From the NCBI GenBank assembly GCA_028534125.1, contig CM052817.1, positions 69,566,001 through 69,630,000 of the forward strand: DNA of 64,000 nt. Direction: 5' to 3'. Positions 38,300-50,990 of this stretch are shown piece after piece. The notes beneath the pieces are model-generated. The model was not told the origin of the DNA. It saw nothing but the letters and a program-made list of their open reading frames with translations, and searched no databases. The translations under genes and the position numbers were made by a program. Position 1 is the first letter of the stretch. Each line of letters starts with the position of its first letter. Source of the stretch: Lama glama (lineage: Eukaryota).

Positions 38300-41200
38300 T
38301 ATTATTTTTGTATTTCTTCCATGTTATTTTCCTAGCTTTATGAGTTAAATCTTAATATTTTATGTTAATTTTTAGGAAAGACATATTAGGGTATAAATCT
38401 TCCTCTGAGTCCTGCTATAGCTGCATCTCAGTAATTTTCATATGCATTAGTTTTATTGTCATATATTTCAAAATTCCAATTTATTTTTTCTTTTTAATGT
38501 TTAGTTTACTTAGAATTACATCTTCTAGGTTCCAAATACATAAGAATAGTTTTTAAATTTTTTTATTGTTGATTTTTAATCTATGGGTATTTTGGACAGG
38601 GAATATGATCTTTACGAATTGGGCAATTGTTACTAATGTTCTAAGTAATTCTTGGAAAAAAATATGTGTTATCTAATCTTTAAGCTCAGTCGTATCTAAA
38701 TCAACTTAAGTACATCATTAAAATTTTCTAAATACTTGTTAAATTTTGCCTTGTTGGTCTATTATTTATGACACTCCTCACACTCTATACGCAAGCAATT
38801 TATTAGTTTCTGCCTTATCTCTTCTATATTTCTTTTTGCATACACAAGCATATATTTTTTTCTTACTTCCCTTTTCTCTTACACAAAAGATTTTATATAT
38901 ATGTGTGTATATATACATATATATATACACACATGCTTTTTGTGCTTTGATTTTTTTCATTTAACAATATATCCTAAAAAGTATACTATATGAGTTAACA
39001 GGTTTGCTCTTTATCTTTTCTTATAGCTATATGTACTCTATTGTATAAATATACCAAATTTATTCATCCAGTCTCTAATGTATGGGCAAAATTATGCTTT
39101 AATGCATAATTTTGTATGTATAGATTTTCAATTTTGGGAGGTATATCTTTAAGGTAAATTCCTAGAAGTGGGGTTGCTAGTCAAAGAGGAAATGCATATG
39201 CAGTTCTGTTATATATTGGCAAATTCTTCTCCATAAAAGATGTACTGTTTTTGCATTCTCATCTGCAATAAATGAAAGTGGCTGTTATCCTCACAGTTCT
39301 GGCCAACAGAGTATGTTGTTAAGCTTTTAAATTTTTGTCAACCTAGTCGGTGAGAAATTTATCTCAGCACACTTTTGATTTGCATTTCTCTTATTATGAG
39401 CAAAGTTGAACATAGTTTCATATGTTTAAGAGCCATTTTATACCATTTTTGTGCATTGTCAGCTCATGTCTCTTGCTCATTTTTCAACTGAATATCTTGT
39501 CTTTTTTCCTCAATTGTTATTTTTAAATTATTAGGGGTGGCAACAGTTTATCTGTGATACATATTGAAGATTTTTTTTCACAAGTTGTCACTTATCTTTT
39601 GATTTTATTAATGGTGTTTTCATTCCATGAAAAATGTTTCTTATAATTTTGTAAAATTAATCAATTTAATTGCATAAGGATTTTAAGACATATTTAGGAA
39701 ATTCCCCCCTATGTATGGGTTATAGAGGAATTCACCAATGTTTTCCTCTGGTTTCATCTTTTACATTTATATCTCTGATCCATTTGATTCTTTTGTATGC
39801 TTTAGGTAATAGATCTAACAAATTTTTTTCCAAATGACTAACCAGTTGTCTCAGTAACATTTATTTAAAACTTCATCTCTGCCCCAGTGATTTTAGATAC
39901 TCTTTATCCTATGATAAATTTCTATGTGTACTTGGATCTATTTTGAAATTTCTATTATATTTCACTGATCTGAATTTTTATGCACCTGTACCTTACTGTT
40001 TTAATTACTGATCATCTTAATTATTAAAAACATTTTTTATACAGAATCATTTGTAGTCCCTCCCATCCTTAAGCCATAGCACTTCCTCTACAATGTTTAT
40101 TGTCTATGATTATGTCTCTTTTTTCAAATATATTTTAGGATCAACTTGATTACCTCCAGCAAAACAGCTTGGTGGGATCCCAAGTTTGTTGGAATCACCA
40201 ATGTATAAGTTAACATCGGGAAAATGATACTGAGATGTTTTATCAAAACCCAAAGATGTTCCACTTATATTATTTAGAAGTACTCTATAATTTCCATATA
40301 AGTTTTGCACATATCTAAGCATTTTATCTTTTTTTTGGAGGGGGTGCTAATATAAATGGGTTTTCTCTTCCATTATAATTCCAAAATAATGTTATTTGTG
40401 TATACAAAAGTTATTTCTTTTAGCCTGTTAATTTTATATCTTGTTACCTTGTTAAATTCTTTTAATGCTTAAGTTAGTTTATTGCTGATTCCCTAAGTTC
40501 TTTAAATATGCCATCTGCAAATAGTTGTTTCTTCTTTTCCAATTCTTATATCCCTGACTGTTTTCTTTGTCCAATTATATCAGTTTATACATCTAACACA
40601 GTGTCAAATAATACTGGAGGTGGTGGGCTTACCAGTCATGTTGCTGGCCTCTGTAGGAATGCCAATTTTAGAATTTGTGTAGATTTTTTTATCTTATTAA
40701 GGAAGTGTCCATTTATTCCTATTTTCTCAAGTGTTTTTATTAAGATGGAATTGTGTTAAAGTCCTTTTTTTGGCAGCTATAGGACTATTCATATATTTTT
40801 TTTCTCCTGAGACCTATCATATAGAGAATCATATTAAAAGATTTTCTAATACTGAATCATCTTTGCATTACTGATACAAATCACATTTGGTCATGGCTTG
40901 CTGTTTCTTTAATGTAGTGATGGAGTATTTGCTAATGATTTATTAAGGATTTTTGCATCAATGTTCATGGTTGATACAGTATCACTATCTTTATCAAACT
41001 TAGGTATCAATGTTATACCAAATTCACAGAAAGAATTTAAATATTTTCCTTATTTTCTTTATCTTCTATACTCTAAAACAATTTGAGTATCATGGGGTCC
41101 CTTAAGGTTTAATGCATTTTCCCTTCGAACAAAGTTTTGGGCCTGGTGTTTTCTTATACATACATTAGTTCCATGATAACTTTCTCTATTTCTCCTATGA

Positions 41201-41400
41201 ATATAAACTTTCTTTTTCTCTTGGGATTAATTTTGATAAATTTACTTACTCTCTATTACCAGCATGTAATGTCTGATGTATATCCAAAAGATCTGCCTCA
41301 TTGATTACGTTCTTTAACTCTTTACATTCTTACCCTTTTTTGTACGTTTGATCAATCTTGTACTCTGAGTGGTATATTGAAATGTCTTATTATTTTTTTG
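38300..41400 (-). mobile_element. Old L1M (MC/MD/ME) fragments: 3' UTR and ORF2
   Basis: 'taaattcctagaagtggg..aaatttttgtcaacct..tttgcatttctcttattatgag..tttcatatgttta'; 'gccatctgcaaatag'; 'aggatttttgcatcaatgttcat'. Confidence 0.75.
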
Positions 41401-41410
41401 CCTTAGCACT

Positions 41411-41885
41411 TGTAGTGGATTGAGTTGTGGTCCCCAACAAGACACGCTCAAGTCCTGGCACTGTGTTCCTATGGATATGACCCAGTTTGGAAACAGGATC
41501 TTTGCAGATATAATTAATCAAAGATCTCCAAATGAAATAATCCTGGATTTAGAGCAGGCTCTAAATCTAATAACTCGTGTCTTTGTAAGAGAAAAGAAAA
41601 GGACATTTGGACACAGAAATATGGAGAGACACAGGGAAAAAAGGCCAGGTGAAAACAGAGGCAGAGATTGAAGTGATGCAGCTACAATCCAAGGAATGCC
41701 AAGTGCCACCAGAAACTAGGAGTGGTAGGAAGGATCCTTCTCTCAAGACTTCACAGACATCATGGTCGACCAAAACATTAATTTTCAGACTGCTGACCTC
41801 TAGAACTCTAAGAGAATAAATTTCTGTTATTTTCAACCACCAAGTTTTCAGTAATTTGTTAAAGCATCCATAAGAAAATAGTATA
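41411..41885 (+). mobile_element. MLT1B/C solo LTR
   Basis: Starts tgtagtggattgagttgtggtcccc; 'aggatctttgcagat..gaggcagagattgaagtgatgcagcta..gagaataaatttctgtt'; 5-bp TSD GCACT/GTACT. Confidence 0.92.
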
Positions 41886-41899
41886 GTACTTAAGATATA

Positions 41900-43449
41900 A
41901 CTCAACTGGATAGAAAAATACTTGTCTCTCATTTTCTTTTCTTGAGTTTCTTGAAAATGCTGCTCAACTATACCTTAATAAGTTTTAATAAATCTAATGT
42001 CAATTTAACTTTCCTATATTTATAAATAATTTGTACTTAATGATTTTTAATTTGTCTTTATAGTCTAGCAATTTTACTAAAGTCACAGAGTTCATTGTTT
42101 CAAGTCACTTTCCCAGATTCACCCTGGGCCCTTTCAATATTAAATTTAGGTTTTCCCTAATTTTCATAAAGTTTTCTTGGATTAAAATTTTAAATTCTAG
42201 TTTTGTTTAATTGCTATGTTTTATTTTATTTTTCCAGTAACTCCAATTATATTTGATTTGGATTTTCATTGTCTTTTAATTTAACCACTTTTGTTGATCC
42301 TTTTACTTTTTTCTTTACATTGTTTCTCTTGGCTGTTTTCCCACCTGTTAAAAACGTCTCTTATTAAATTGTCATTTAAGCCTAATCTCCATTGGGCCTT
42401 GTAATTTAATCTTTATTTTTTTTCCTTTTGTTTCTTTCCCAGTTTCAATCAACCCTCATTATATTTCTTACACTTTTCATCATTTCTGTTATTACATAAA
42501 TTTTTGTTGTAACTTGGTTTTTAATTGCTCCAAATGCTTGCTTGATATTAAATTCTGTGTGGAGTATTATATTTTAGTTTTCTCTTATTTACTGATTGAT
42601 TCTTTGGGGAAATTTTCAATCAGTTGAAATATTTTGATTTTCACTTATATTTTCTTCTTACAATACTTGACTATGGAGTTAGCCTGATTTTTTCTGTGTT
42701 AGGTATTATGATTAACTTGTTCAAGATCACCTTCCTCTGTCAGTAGAATGAAGTGCAGTTACTTCAGTGTATAACAAGACTGCTAGGCTGAAAGAAAGGA
42801 GTTGGTGTATTCTCTTTTTCTTTTAATTTCTGTGTGATTCTTAATTCTTCCCTCTTACTTCCTTTTCTTTCTCTGCTATCCCTTCAGGGGAAACCACATT
42901 TTCTCTATTTACCTCTTTTTATCCAAAAGCAATGTTTCTATAAGGCTGTTGCCTCCAGTTTCATTCACATTCAAGCCCCCTCTTTATGGCTGCTGCTATA
43001 AACTGAGTCTTAGAACTTAGTTCAACATTGTAACCCTCATTATCAGACTTATTGATGGAAATTTTTTTTAACCTATACTACATCTATGGCCACCACACTC
43101 CTGTGTCCTGTGTCCCACCCTGGGTACCTACAGACTAGCCAAGGCAGTGGTAGCTCTCCTTGAATTCGTAGTTATTACTCTACTTATAGGTATTTTGAAG
43201 TTTGTGATACTCTCTGTCTCCCAGAAATATTAGTGGCATGGGTCATTTATGGTTCCATTGTGTTCCATTTTTATTTTACAGTTTTAGGGGACAGTTTGTG
43301 GACAGGTCTGGATTTTGGTGGTCATCATTATCTGAGAGCCAACCAAAACTCTCTCTTATCCCTTTAAATATTTCCTCCCTTTTATTTCTCTTTTCCCTCC
43401 TTTCAGAACCCATATTATACATATATTGGGCTCTACCTTCCATGTCTCT
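41900..43449 (-). mobile_element. Ancient L1 ORF1-like (HAL1/L1ME) remnants
   Basis: T-rich decayed ORF1 antisense, e.g. 'gggccctttcaat..aaagttttcttgg..actccaattata' and 'tttcagaacccatattatacatatattgg..ccatgtctct'. Confidence 0.5.
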
Positions 43450-44969
43450 CTCTCTTTTTAATATTTAATTGAAGTATAGTTGATTTACAATATTGTGTTA
43501 GTTTCTGGTGTACAGCAAAGGGATTCAACTATACATACTACATATTCTTTTTCACCTTCTTTTCCATTATGGTTTATTGCAGGATACTGAATATGGTTCC
43601 TTGCACTATACAGTAGGATATTACTGTTTATCTATTTTACATATAGTAGTTTGTATTTGCTAGTCCCAAACTCTTTAATTTATCCCTCCCCCTTCCCCTT
43701 TGGTAACCATAAGTTTGCTTTCTATGTCTGTGAGTCTGTTTCTGTTTTGTAAATAAGTTCATTTATATCATTTTTAGATCCCACATGTAAGTGAATCATA
43801 TGGTATTTGTCTTTATCTTTCTGACATACTTCACTTAGTATTATAATCTCTATGTCCATCCATGTTGCTACAAACAGCAACATTTCATTCTTTTTGATGG
43901 TTAAGTAATATTTCATTGCATGTATATGTATATATACAACATCTTTATCCAGTCACCTATTGATGGACATTTAGGTTGCTTCCATTCTTGGCTATTGCTA
44001 ATAGTGCTGCTATGGACACTGGGGTGTATTTATCTTTTTGAATTAGAGGTTTCATCTTTTCTGGATATATGCCCAGAAGTAGGAGTGCTGTATCATATGG
44101 TAACTGTATTTTTAGTTTTTTAAGTAATCTCCATACTATTTTCCATTGGTGTTGGGCTGGAACGACTGCACCAATTTACTGCACCAATTTACATTCTTAC
44201 CAAGTGTTAAGAGGGTTCCCTTTTCTCCACACTCTCTCCAGCATTTGCTATTTGTAGCCTTTCTAATGATGGCCATTCTGACTGGTGTGAGGTGATATCT
44301 CATAGCAGTTTTTATTTCCATTTCGCTAATAATTAGCAATGTTGAGCATCTTTTCATGTGCCTGATGGGCACCTATAAGTCTTCATGGGAAAAATGTCTA
44401 TTTAGGTCTTCTTCCCTTTTCTTGATTGAGTTGTTTGTTTTTGGTTTGGGGTTTTTTTTTTGATATTGAGTTGTATGAGCTGTTTGTATATTCTGGAAAT
44501 TAATCCCTTGTCAGTCCCATCATTTCCAAATATTTTCTCCCAGTCTGTAAGCTGTCTTTTTGTTTTGTTTATGGTTTCCTTTGCTGTGCAAAAACTTGTA
44601 AGTTTGATTAGGTCCCATTTGTTTATTTTTGTTTTTATTTCTATTGTCTTGGAAGAGTGACCTAGGAAGACATTACTACAACTTATGTCAGAGAATGTTT
44701 TGCCTATATTCTCTCCTAGGAGTTTCATGGTGCCTTGTCTTATTTTTAAGTCTATAAGCCATTTTGAGTTTACATTTTATATAGAGTGAGGGACTGTTCT
44801 AACATCATTGATTTACATGTGGCTGTTCAACTTTCCCAACACCATTGCTGAAGACTGTCTTTTCTCCATTGTATATTCCTGCCTCCTTTGTTGAAGATTA
44901 ATTTACTGCAGGTGTGTGGTCTATTTATTTCTGGTCTCTCTATTCTGTTCTATTGATCTATATGTCTGT
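43450..44969 (-). mobile_element. L1 3' part (T-rich tail to ORF2 C-terminal region)
   Basis: 'ttgaagtatagttgatttacaat'; ORF-track peptides [21 protein letters not shown] and [13 protein letters not shown]. Confidence 0.95.
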
Positions 44970-45240
44970 AAAACACTAAATACTTTTAAGTACAAACTTA
45001 TGAAGTATGAAGTACATATTGTTACTATCTTAGAAATCCAGGAGTTATGAAAGAATAATTTGGGAAAGAAATCTCCATGAGAGAGTTAAATATTAGACTA
45101 AATACAATTGAAAGTAGAATGAATGAATTGAAAGATTTATCTGAGAATATTACACAGAGAAAAAAGAGATAGAAAATAAACATTTTTAAATGATAAAAGA
45201 TTATGCAAATACTAATGAAAAATTAAGAGACATGGATGAA
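44970..45240 (+). mobile_element. Inverted piece of the old ORF1-like flank
   Basis: 'ttaaatattagactaaatacaattgaaagtagaatgaatgaattgaaagat..aattaagagacatgga'; its reverse complement continues the flank ending at 43449. Confidence 0.7.
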
Positions 45241-47670
45241 TACCCACTGACATCAGTGGACAGATCTCCAGACAGAAAAATCAATAAGACAACAGAGATC
45301 TAAATGACACAATAGAATATTTAGACTTAATTGCTATTTTCAGACAGTACATCAAAAAAAAAAAAAAACAGAATACACATTCTTTTCAAGAGCACATCGA
45401 ACATTCTCTAGGACAGATCACACACTAGGACACAAAACAAGTCTCAACAAAGTTAAGAGGACAGAAATTATTTCAAATATCTTTTCTGACCACAACGGCA
45501 TGAAACTAGAACTCAATCACAAGAAAAAGAAATGAGAAAAAAACAATTACATGGACATTAAAAAACATGCTGCTTAAAAACCAGTCGGTCAATGATGAAA
45601 TCAAAGAAATTAAAAAATGCTTTGAGACAAATGACAATGAAAACACAACCATATAAAATCTGAGATGCAGCAAAAGCAGTCCTTAGAGAGAAGTTCATAG
45701 CAATACAAGCCTTTTTCAAAAAATAAGAAAAATCTCAAACACCCTAACTTATCACCTAAAAAAATTAGAAAAAGAAGAACAAACACAGCCCAAAATCAGC
45801 AGAAGGAAGAAAATAATATAGGCCAGAGAGAAAAATAAAGAGATATTAAAAAAACAACAGAAAAGATCTATGAAACCAAGAGTTGGTTTTTTTGTAAAGC
45901 TAAACAAAATCAGTAAACGTTTAGTCAGGCTAATTGAGAAGAAATGAGAAAGGACCCAAACAAAGTAAGAAAAGGAAGAGGAGAGAAAATAACTGATACC
46001 ACAAAGATATAAAAAAAATAAGATAATATTATGAATAGTTATATGCCACCAAGAAGAAATGGACAAATTTTTTAATAACCTAGATAACCTAGCAGAAATG
46101 GACAAATTTTTGAAACATACAACATGCCAAGACTATATCAAGAAGAAACAGACAGTTTGAACAGATTAATCACTAGTAGTGAAACTGAATTAGTAATGAA
46201 AAAACTCTCAGCAGACAAAAGTACAGGACTGGACAGCTTCAAAGGGGAATTCTACCTAACCTATACAGAAGAACTAACACCTGTCCTTCCCAAACTATGC
46301 CAAAATATTGAAGAGGATAGAACACTCCCAAATTCATTCTCTGAGGCCATCATTACCCTGATACCAAAACCAAAGACACTACAAAAAAAAAAAGAAAATT
46401 ACACACCAATATCTTTGATAAGTATAGATGCAAAAATCCTCAACAAATATTAGCAATCTGAATTGAACAATATATAAAAAGGATCATGCACTATGATCAA
46501 GTTGGGTTTATTCCAGGGACCCAAGAATGGTTTAGTATTTACAATGTGATATACCACATTAACAAAATCAAAATACCACATGATCACCTCAATAGACACA
46601 GAAAAAGCATTTAACAAAATTCAACATCCATTCATGATAAAAACACTAACCAAAGTAGGTTATAGAAGAAACATCTCAACATAATAAAGACCATTCATGA
46701 CAAACCCACAGCTAACATCATACTCAACATTGAAAAGCTGAAAGCCTATCCTCTAATTCAGAAGCAAGACATGGATGTCCATTCTCATCACTTCTATTTA
46801 ACATTGTGTTCGAAGTCCTAAGCACAGCAGTTGACAAAAAAAGGGGGAGTGGGCATCCGAATTGGAAGGGAAGAAGTAGAACTGTCACTATATGCAGATG
46901 ACATGATATTTTATACAGAATCCTAAAGTATCCAAACAAAAACTAGTAGAACTAATAAATAAATTTCACAAAGTTGCAGGATATAAGAGTAATACACAGA
47001 AATCTGTTGCTTTTCTATAAATGAATAATGAACTTTCAGAAAGGGAAAATTTTTTAAAAATCCCATTTAAAATTGCATCAAAAAAAAAAATAAAATACTT
47101 AGGAGTAAACCTGACCAAAGGGGTGAAAGATTTATATGCTGAGAACTATAAAACAGTGATAAAGGAAACTGAAGATAATTCAAAGAAATGGAAAGATATC
47201 CCATGCTCTTGGAGTGGAAGAATTAGCATTGATAAAATGGGCATACTACCCAAAGCAATCTATAGATCTAATGCAGTCCCTATCAAAATGCCCGTAACAT
47301 TTTTCACAGAACTAAAACAAATAATCCTAAAATTTATATGGAACCATAAAAGACCCATAACTGCCAAAGCAACAATGTGGAAAAAGAACAAAGCCAGAGG
47401 TTATAGCAGAGGGAACTATATTCAATATCTTGTAGTAACTTATGGTGAAAAAGAATATGAAAAAGAATATATGTATGTTCTTATATGACTGATGTATTGT
47501 GCTATCCACCAGAAATTGACACAACATTGTAAACTGACTATACTCCAATAAAAATATATTTAAAAAAAAAAAAAGAACAAGCTGGAGGCATAAGCCTCCC
47601 AGACTTCAAACAAAAGTACAGAGCCACAGTAATCAAAATAGCATGGCAATGGCACAAAAATAGGTATATG
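45241..47670 (+). mobile_element. L1 ORF2 (EN to RT), the inverted 5' part of the 43450-44969 element
   Basis: LPNSFSEAIITLIPKP, PISLISIDAKILNK, YADD (tatgcagatgac), KWKDIPCSW; ends at 'gcatggcaatggcacaaaaa'. Confidence 0.93.
47401..47570 (+). mobile_element. Short camelid-type L1 3' end nested in the ORF2 segment
   Basis: 'tatagcagagggaactatattcaatatcttg..ccagaaattgacacaacattgtaaactgactatactccaat' + A tail; TSD aaaagaacaaagccagagg / aaaagaacaagctggagg. Confidence 0.92.
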
Positions 47671-47860
47671 AGTCAGATACAAGCTACTATACATAAAATA
47701 GATAAGCAATAAGGATTTACTGTATACCACAGTGAATTATATTCACTATCTTGTAATACTCTATAATGGAAAAGAATCTGAAGCTGTACACCTGAAACCA
47801 ACACAATATTGTAAGTTAACTATAGTTTAATAAATAAAATAATAAATTAATAAATGAATA
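47671..47860 (+). mobile_element. Short L1 3' end with A-rich tail at the inversion breakpoint
   Basis: 'cagatacaagctactatacataaaatagataag..gctgtacacctgaaaccaacacaatattgtaagttaactata' + aataaataaaataataaa. Confidence 0.9.
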
Positions 47861-50150
47861 ATTTTTTAAATATTAGGAGTTTCAAACAGTAATACTGTTT
47901 CAAAATTTTCCTGGTACCTAGTAGGTACTCAATAAATGTTGACCATTGTTATTATATATTTAATATACTCAACTCTAACTCTCATTCCCATAGGGCCTTC
48001 AACATAGCCTTCTCTTTCTCAGCAGACATCAAAATCCTAAGTGCTAGCCATTGAAATCTATAACTACTTTCCATAATGCCATCATCCAAGTTGATTTCAG
48101 TTTCCACAAACCTCACTTTCTGGAATCTCTTTTGGGTTCTGGCTTGGTTGTTTGTTCAAAAATTCTTTTATTGTGTTTTATAATAACAGTAATAATAAAA
48201 TCTAAAACGTGTACAGCACATTTTATAGCCTCTATCAAAAGCCAAGATAACTATCCTTTCCATCCATATCTGATTAAAAAATTCCCTGCAGCAACATGCA
48301 GAACTTAGGTTGAAAATTGCCCAGTGAAATTTCTATCTGTCCAAATTCTAAGAATGTGTTTGGTTCCTGTTGTTTCTGTCCATTTTCGATAATCTTTTTG
48401 CAATATTCTAGAACAGCCTAAGTTCCAAAGAAGAAGGAAAAACTCTTGACAGACAGCTGGATGGAAGGACCAGGGGAACACTCCCACAGCCATGGGTGTA
48501 TAGAACCAGCTTAAGTACTTTAATTGCTTTATACTATAATTTTTGCCAACCATACAAAAAGAACAGTATTAAGAAGGAAAAGCTTCACACTCAAATTTGC
48601 TTTAGGGAATTTTTTATTATTTCTGAAACCTGAATCAAATCATCCAAGCCAAATTGTCTGTTTGTTTGTTTTTAAATTAAATTGTCAGCAAGTAGGAGAT
48701 AGGGAAAAAAGACACAAAGCAGCACATGGAAGAGAAGACACCAACTCCAACATAGTCTAGTATACAGATTAGTGAAAATTTTATCATATCTATTGTTGAT
48801 CAACAACATCTGCTGTAAAAACTCTTTTTTAAGCCTATGGGTCAAATTCAGCCAGGTTTCCTTCTTAAAATGGACGCTGCTGTGAATAATACAGAGGAGA
48901 AAAGGAGGAGTTGGAGGGACTAAGCACTGCCCAGGCAAAGGATAAGGGAGATGGAGCTGGAGGCCTGGGATCTGAAGGAAACACTTGGGCTATATTAATC
49001 AGGTGGTTGCAAAGGGAAATGCAGAATAATATGAAAACTACCAAAACTACCCAAAAGTATGCTTGGATTTTTTTTTTGTGGAACCTGGTGAAAGGACTGA
49101 GTTTTGCATCAAAGTCTGTATGAAGCGGGAAAGGATCCCATGCAGACAGGGGGAAATTCCTACATCTGGGTTATGGTAGGAACTGAGTCTCTTAAAAGAT
49201 TATAGGAGGAATTGTGTCTCAATGTAATAAAAATTTTAATGTATATAAATGGGAGGAAATAAATATGTTTTCTACAAGGAAAGATGGAAAATCTAAAGAA
49301 ACAACCTTACAAAATGTTGTTTAATCAGGGGTCTCTTTTCATAGCTCCCTCAGTAGCTTCAGTTAGGGACATTGGCTCTGATTGGCTCTGAAATACTTTC
49401 AATAAGTATTGAAGGTATTGGTCCCATCTCCCAGGACCACCATCAGTAGGAACAGAATTAATACTTGCTAATCAGCCCAGCATTGTATTGCCTTAAGCAG
49501 TACAGGTGGCCAAATCTAGATGAAATGCAGAAATCACACATCCCTTCTATTCCTGTGTGTTCTTGCCTAGTCATCTATAACTCCCCTGGCTATAAACTGT
49601 TCCTTCCTAGCAACAACATACCATGATTTCACTGGCCATTCTTATTCATTAATACCAGCTGCTCAGCGGTGCCTGAAGGTATCAGAAGAAATGTGTGTAA
49701 ATGTTTTTACCATATGGTTTTTTAAAAGCTGATGAAGCCCTTTCATGTAAAGCTGGGGTTGGCCAGGTGCAATGTGTACATAGCAAAGTCCAGCAAAGCA
49801 AAATGAGGATCAAGGCTTCCTACAAAAAAAGAGTTCTTTTTTCTTTGTCACTTTTGACTTATGACCTTCTCTGTACCTGGGTTACTAAGATTATCTAAAA
49901 ATATCTCAGGCAGTGTCACTACTGTGAATTTATACACTGTATTTCAAAGATTACTCTTTATTGCAAGCATTGAACCTGAAGGCAGGGAATATGATTAACT
50001 CTTTTTTTGGAAAAGTTTTGTTTTTTTTATTTTTTACATTTTTTTTATTGTTGATAAAAATGAAATCTCTTACAAAGTGTGTCAGGTTGACAGTTACTTG
50101 CATTATAGTTTCTTATTTGAGAGTAATGCTCAACAGTAAGATTTTTTTTC

Positions 50151-50313
50151 CAGGGGAAAGCTCAAACACAGTCCCGCACTACCACAAATCATGCAGTAGA
50201 GTTCCCCACATTTGAGGAAATAGCAGGGGTCAGCACATTCAGAGTGCAATGGATGAGCCTCGCCCTGGGATAACCACCTTCGTGATCAGGCATCTACCCT
50301 GCCAGGTAAGTAT
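50151..50313 (-). pseudogene. RNU1: Full-length U1 snRNA processed retrocopy
   Basis: Minus strand ATACTTACCTGGCAGGGTAGATGCCTGATCACGAAGGTGG...ATTGCACT...GATTTGTGGTAGT...GCTTTCCCCTG (163 nt; by my count 15 substitutions and 1 deletion versus recalled canonical U1); short A tail; TSD-like caacagtaag / taacaataag; no PSE or 3' box recognised. Confidence 0.95.
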
Positions 50314-50351
50314 TAACAATAAGTTTTTATCAGAGATGTTTCTATCATGCA

Positions 50352-50990
50352 TAATTATTCAACTTTTCATTATTCTGGTCCAGGCACTGCATTATGTTCT
50401 GAGGACGTGACAGTGGATAAATTAGACATGGTCCTTACCTGCACAAAACTTACACTCTAGGGAAAAACAAAAACAGAATCAATAGTGTTGAGTGCACTGA
50501 GCATGATAAAGAAAAAGGTGTATAACAGTTGGGCCTAATCTAGTCCACAGAGCCAGAAAAGATGATATCTTGAAGAAAGTGGTATTTAAACTAAGACTTA
50601 CCAGGGACAGAAGTGTGGGAGTAGGCTAGAAGAGTGGGGAGAAGCGTTTCACTGGAAGAAGGACCGTGTCCATGGAAAAAAGCCCTGAGTAGAAACAGAA
50701 TGTGAGTTCAAGTCGTTTCCAAGTTTTCAGTGTGGCTAGGGCTGAGTTTGTGTGAGAGAGATGGTGAGAGAGGAGTCTGGACAAGTGGGCAGTGTTCTGA
50801 TCACGGTAAGGATATCTGACTTTATGCTAAAGGCAATGGGAAATAATGGGAGGATGAGAGTAACTCAATCAGATACATATTTTCAGACGGTGGTTCAGGG
50901 AGTAGATGGGGAGAAGACAGAGGGGGGAGGAGTGGGTGAGTTGCTGGTGGTCTGTAAGAGATGGTAGTTGTGAGGATGGAGAGAAGCTCA
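50352..50990 (-). mobile_element. L2
   Basis: 'ccaggcactgcatta..gacatggtccttacc..cttacactctagggaaaa..agtgtggctagggct..tgactttatgctaaaggcaatgggaa'. Confidence 0.75.

Noticed and set aside
43450..47670. Simple twin-primed L1
   Set aside because: 270 bp of inverted flanking DNA and the inverted TSD lie inside the junction, which twin priming does not produce
49371..49390. ATTGGCTCTG twice (two reverse CCAAT boxes)
   Set aside because: A single 10-bp slippage duplication explains it; no other promoter features nearby
50151..50313. Functional U1 snRNA gene
   Set aside because: A tail and TSD-like flanks, about 10% divergence, no recognisable PSE or 3' box
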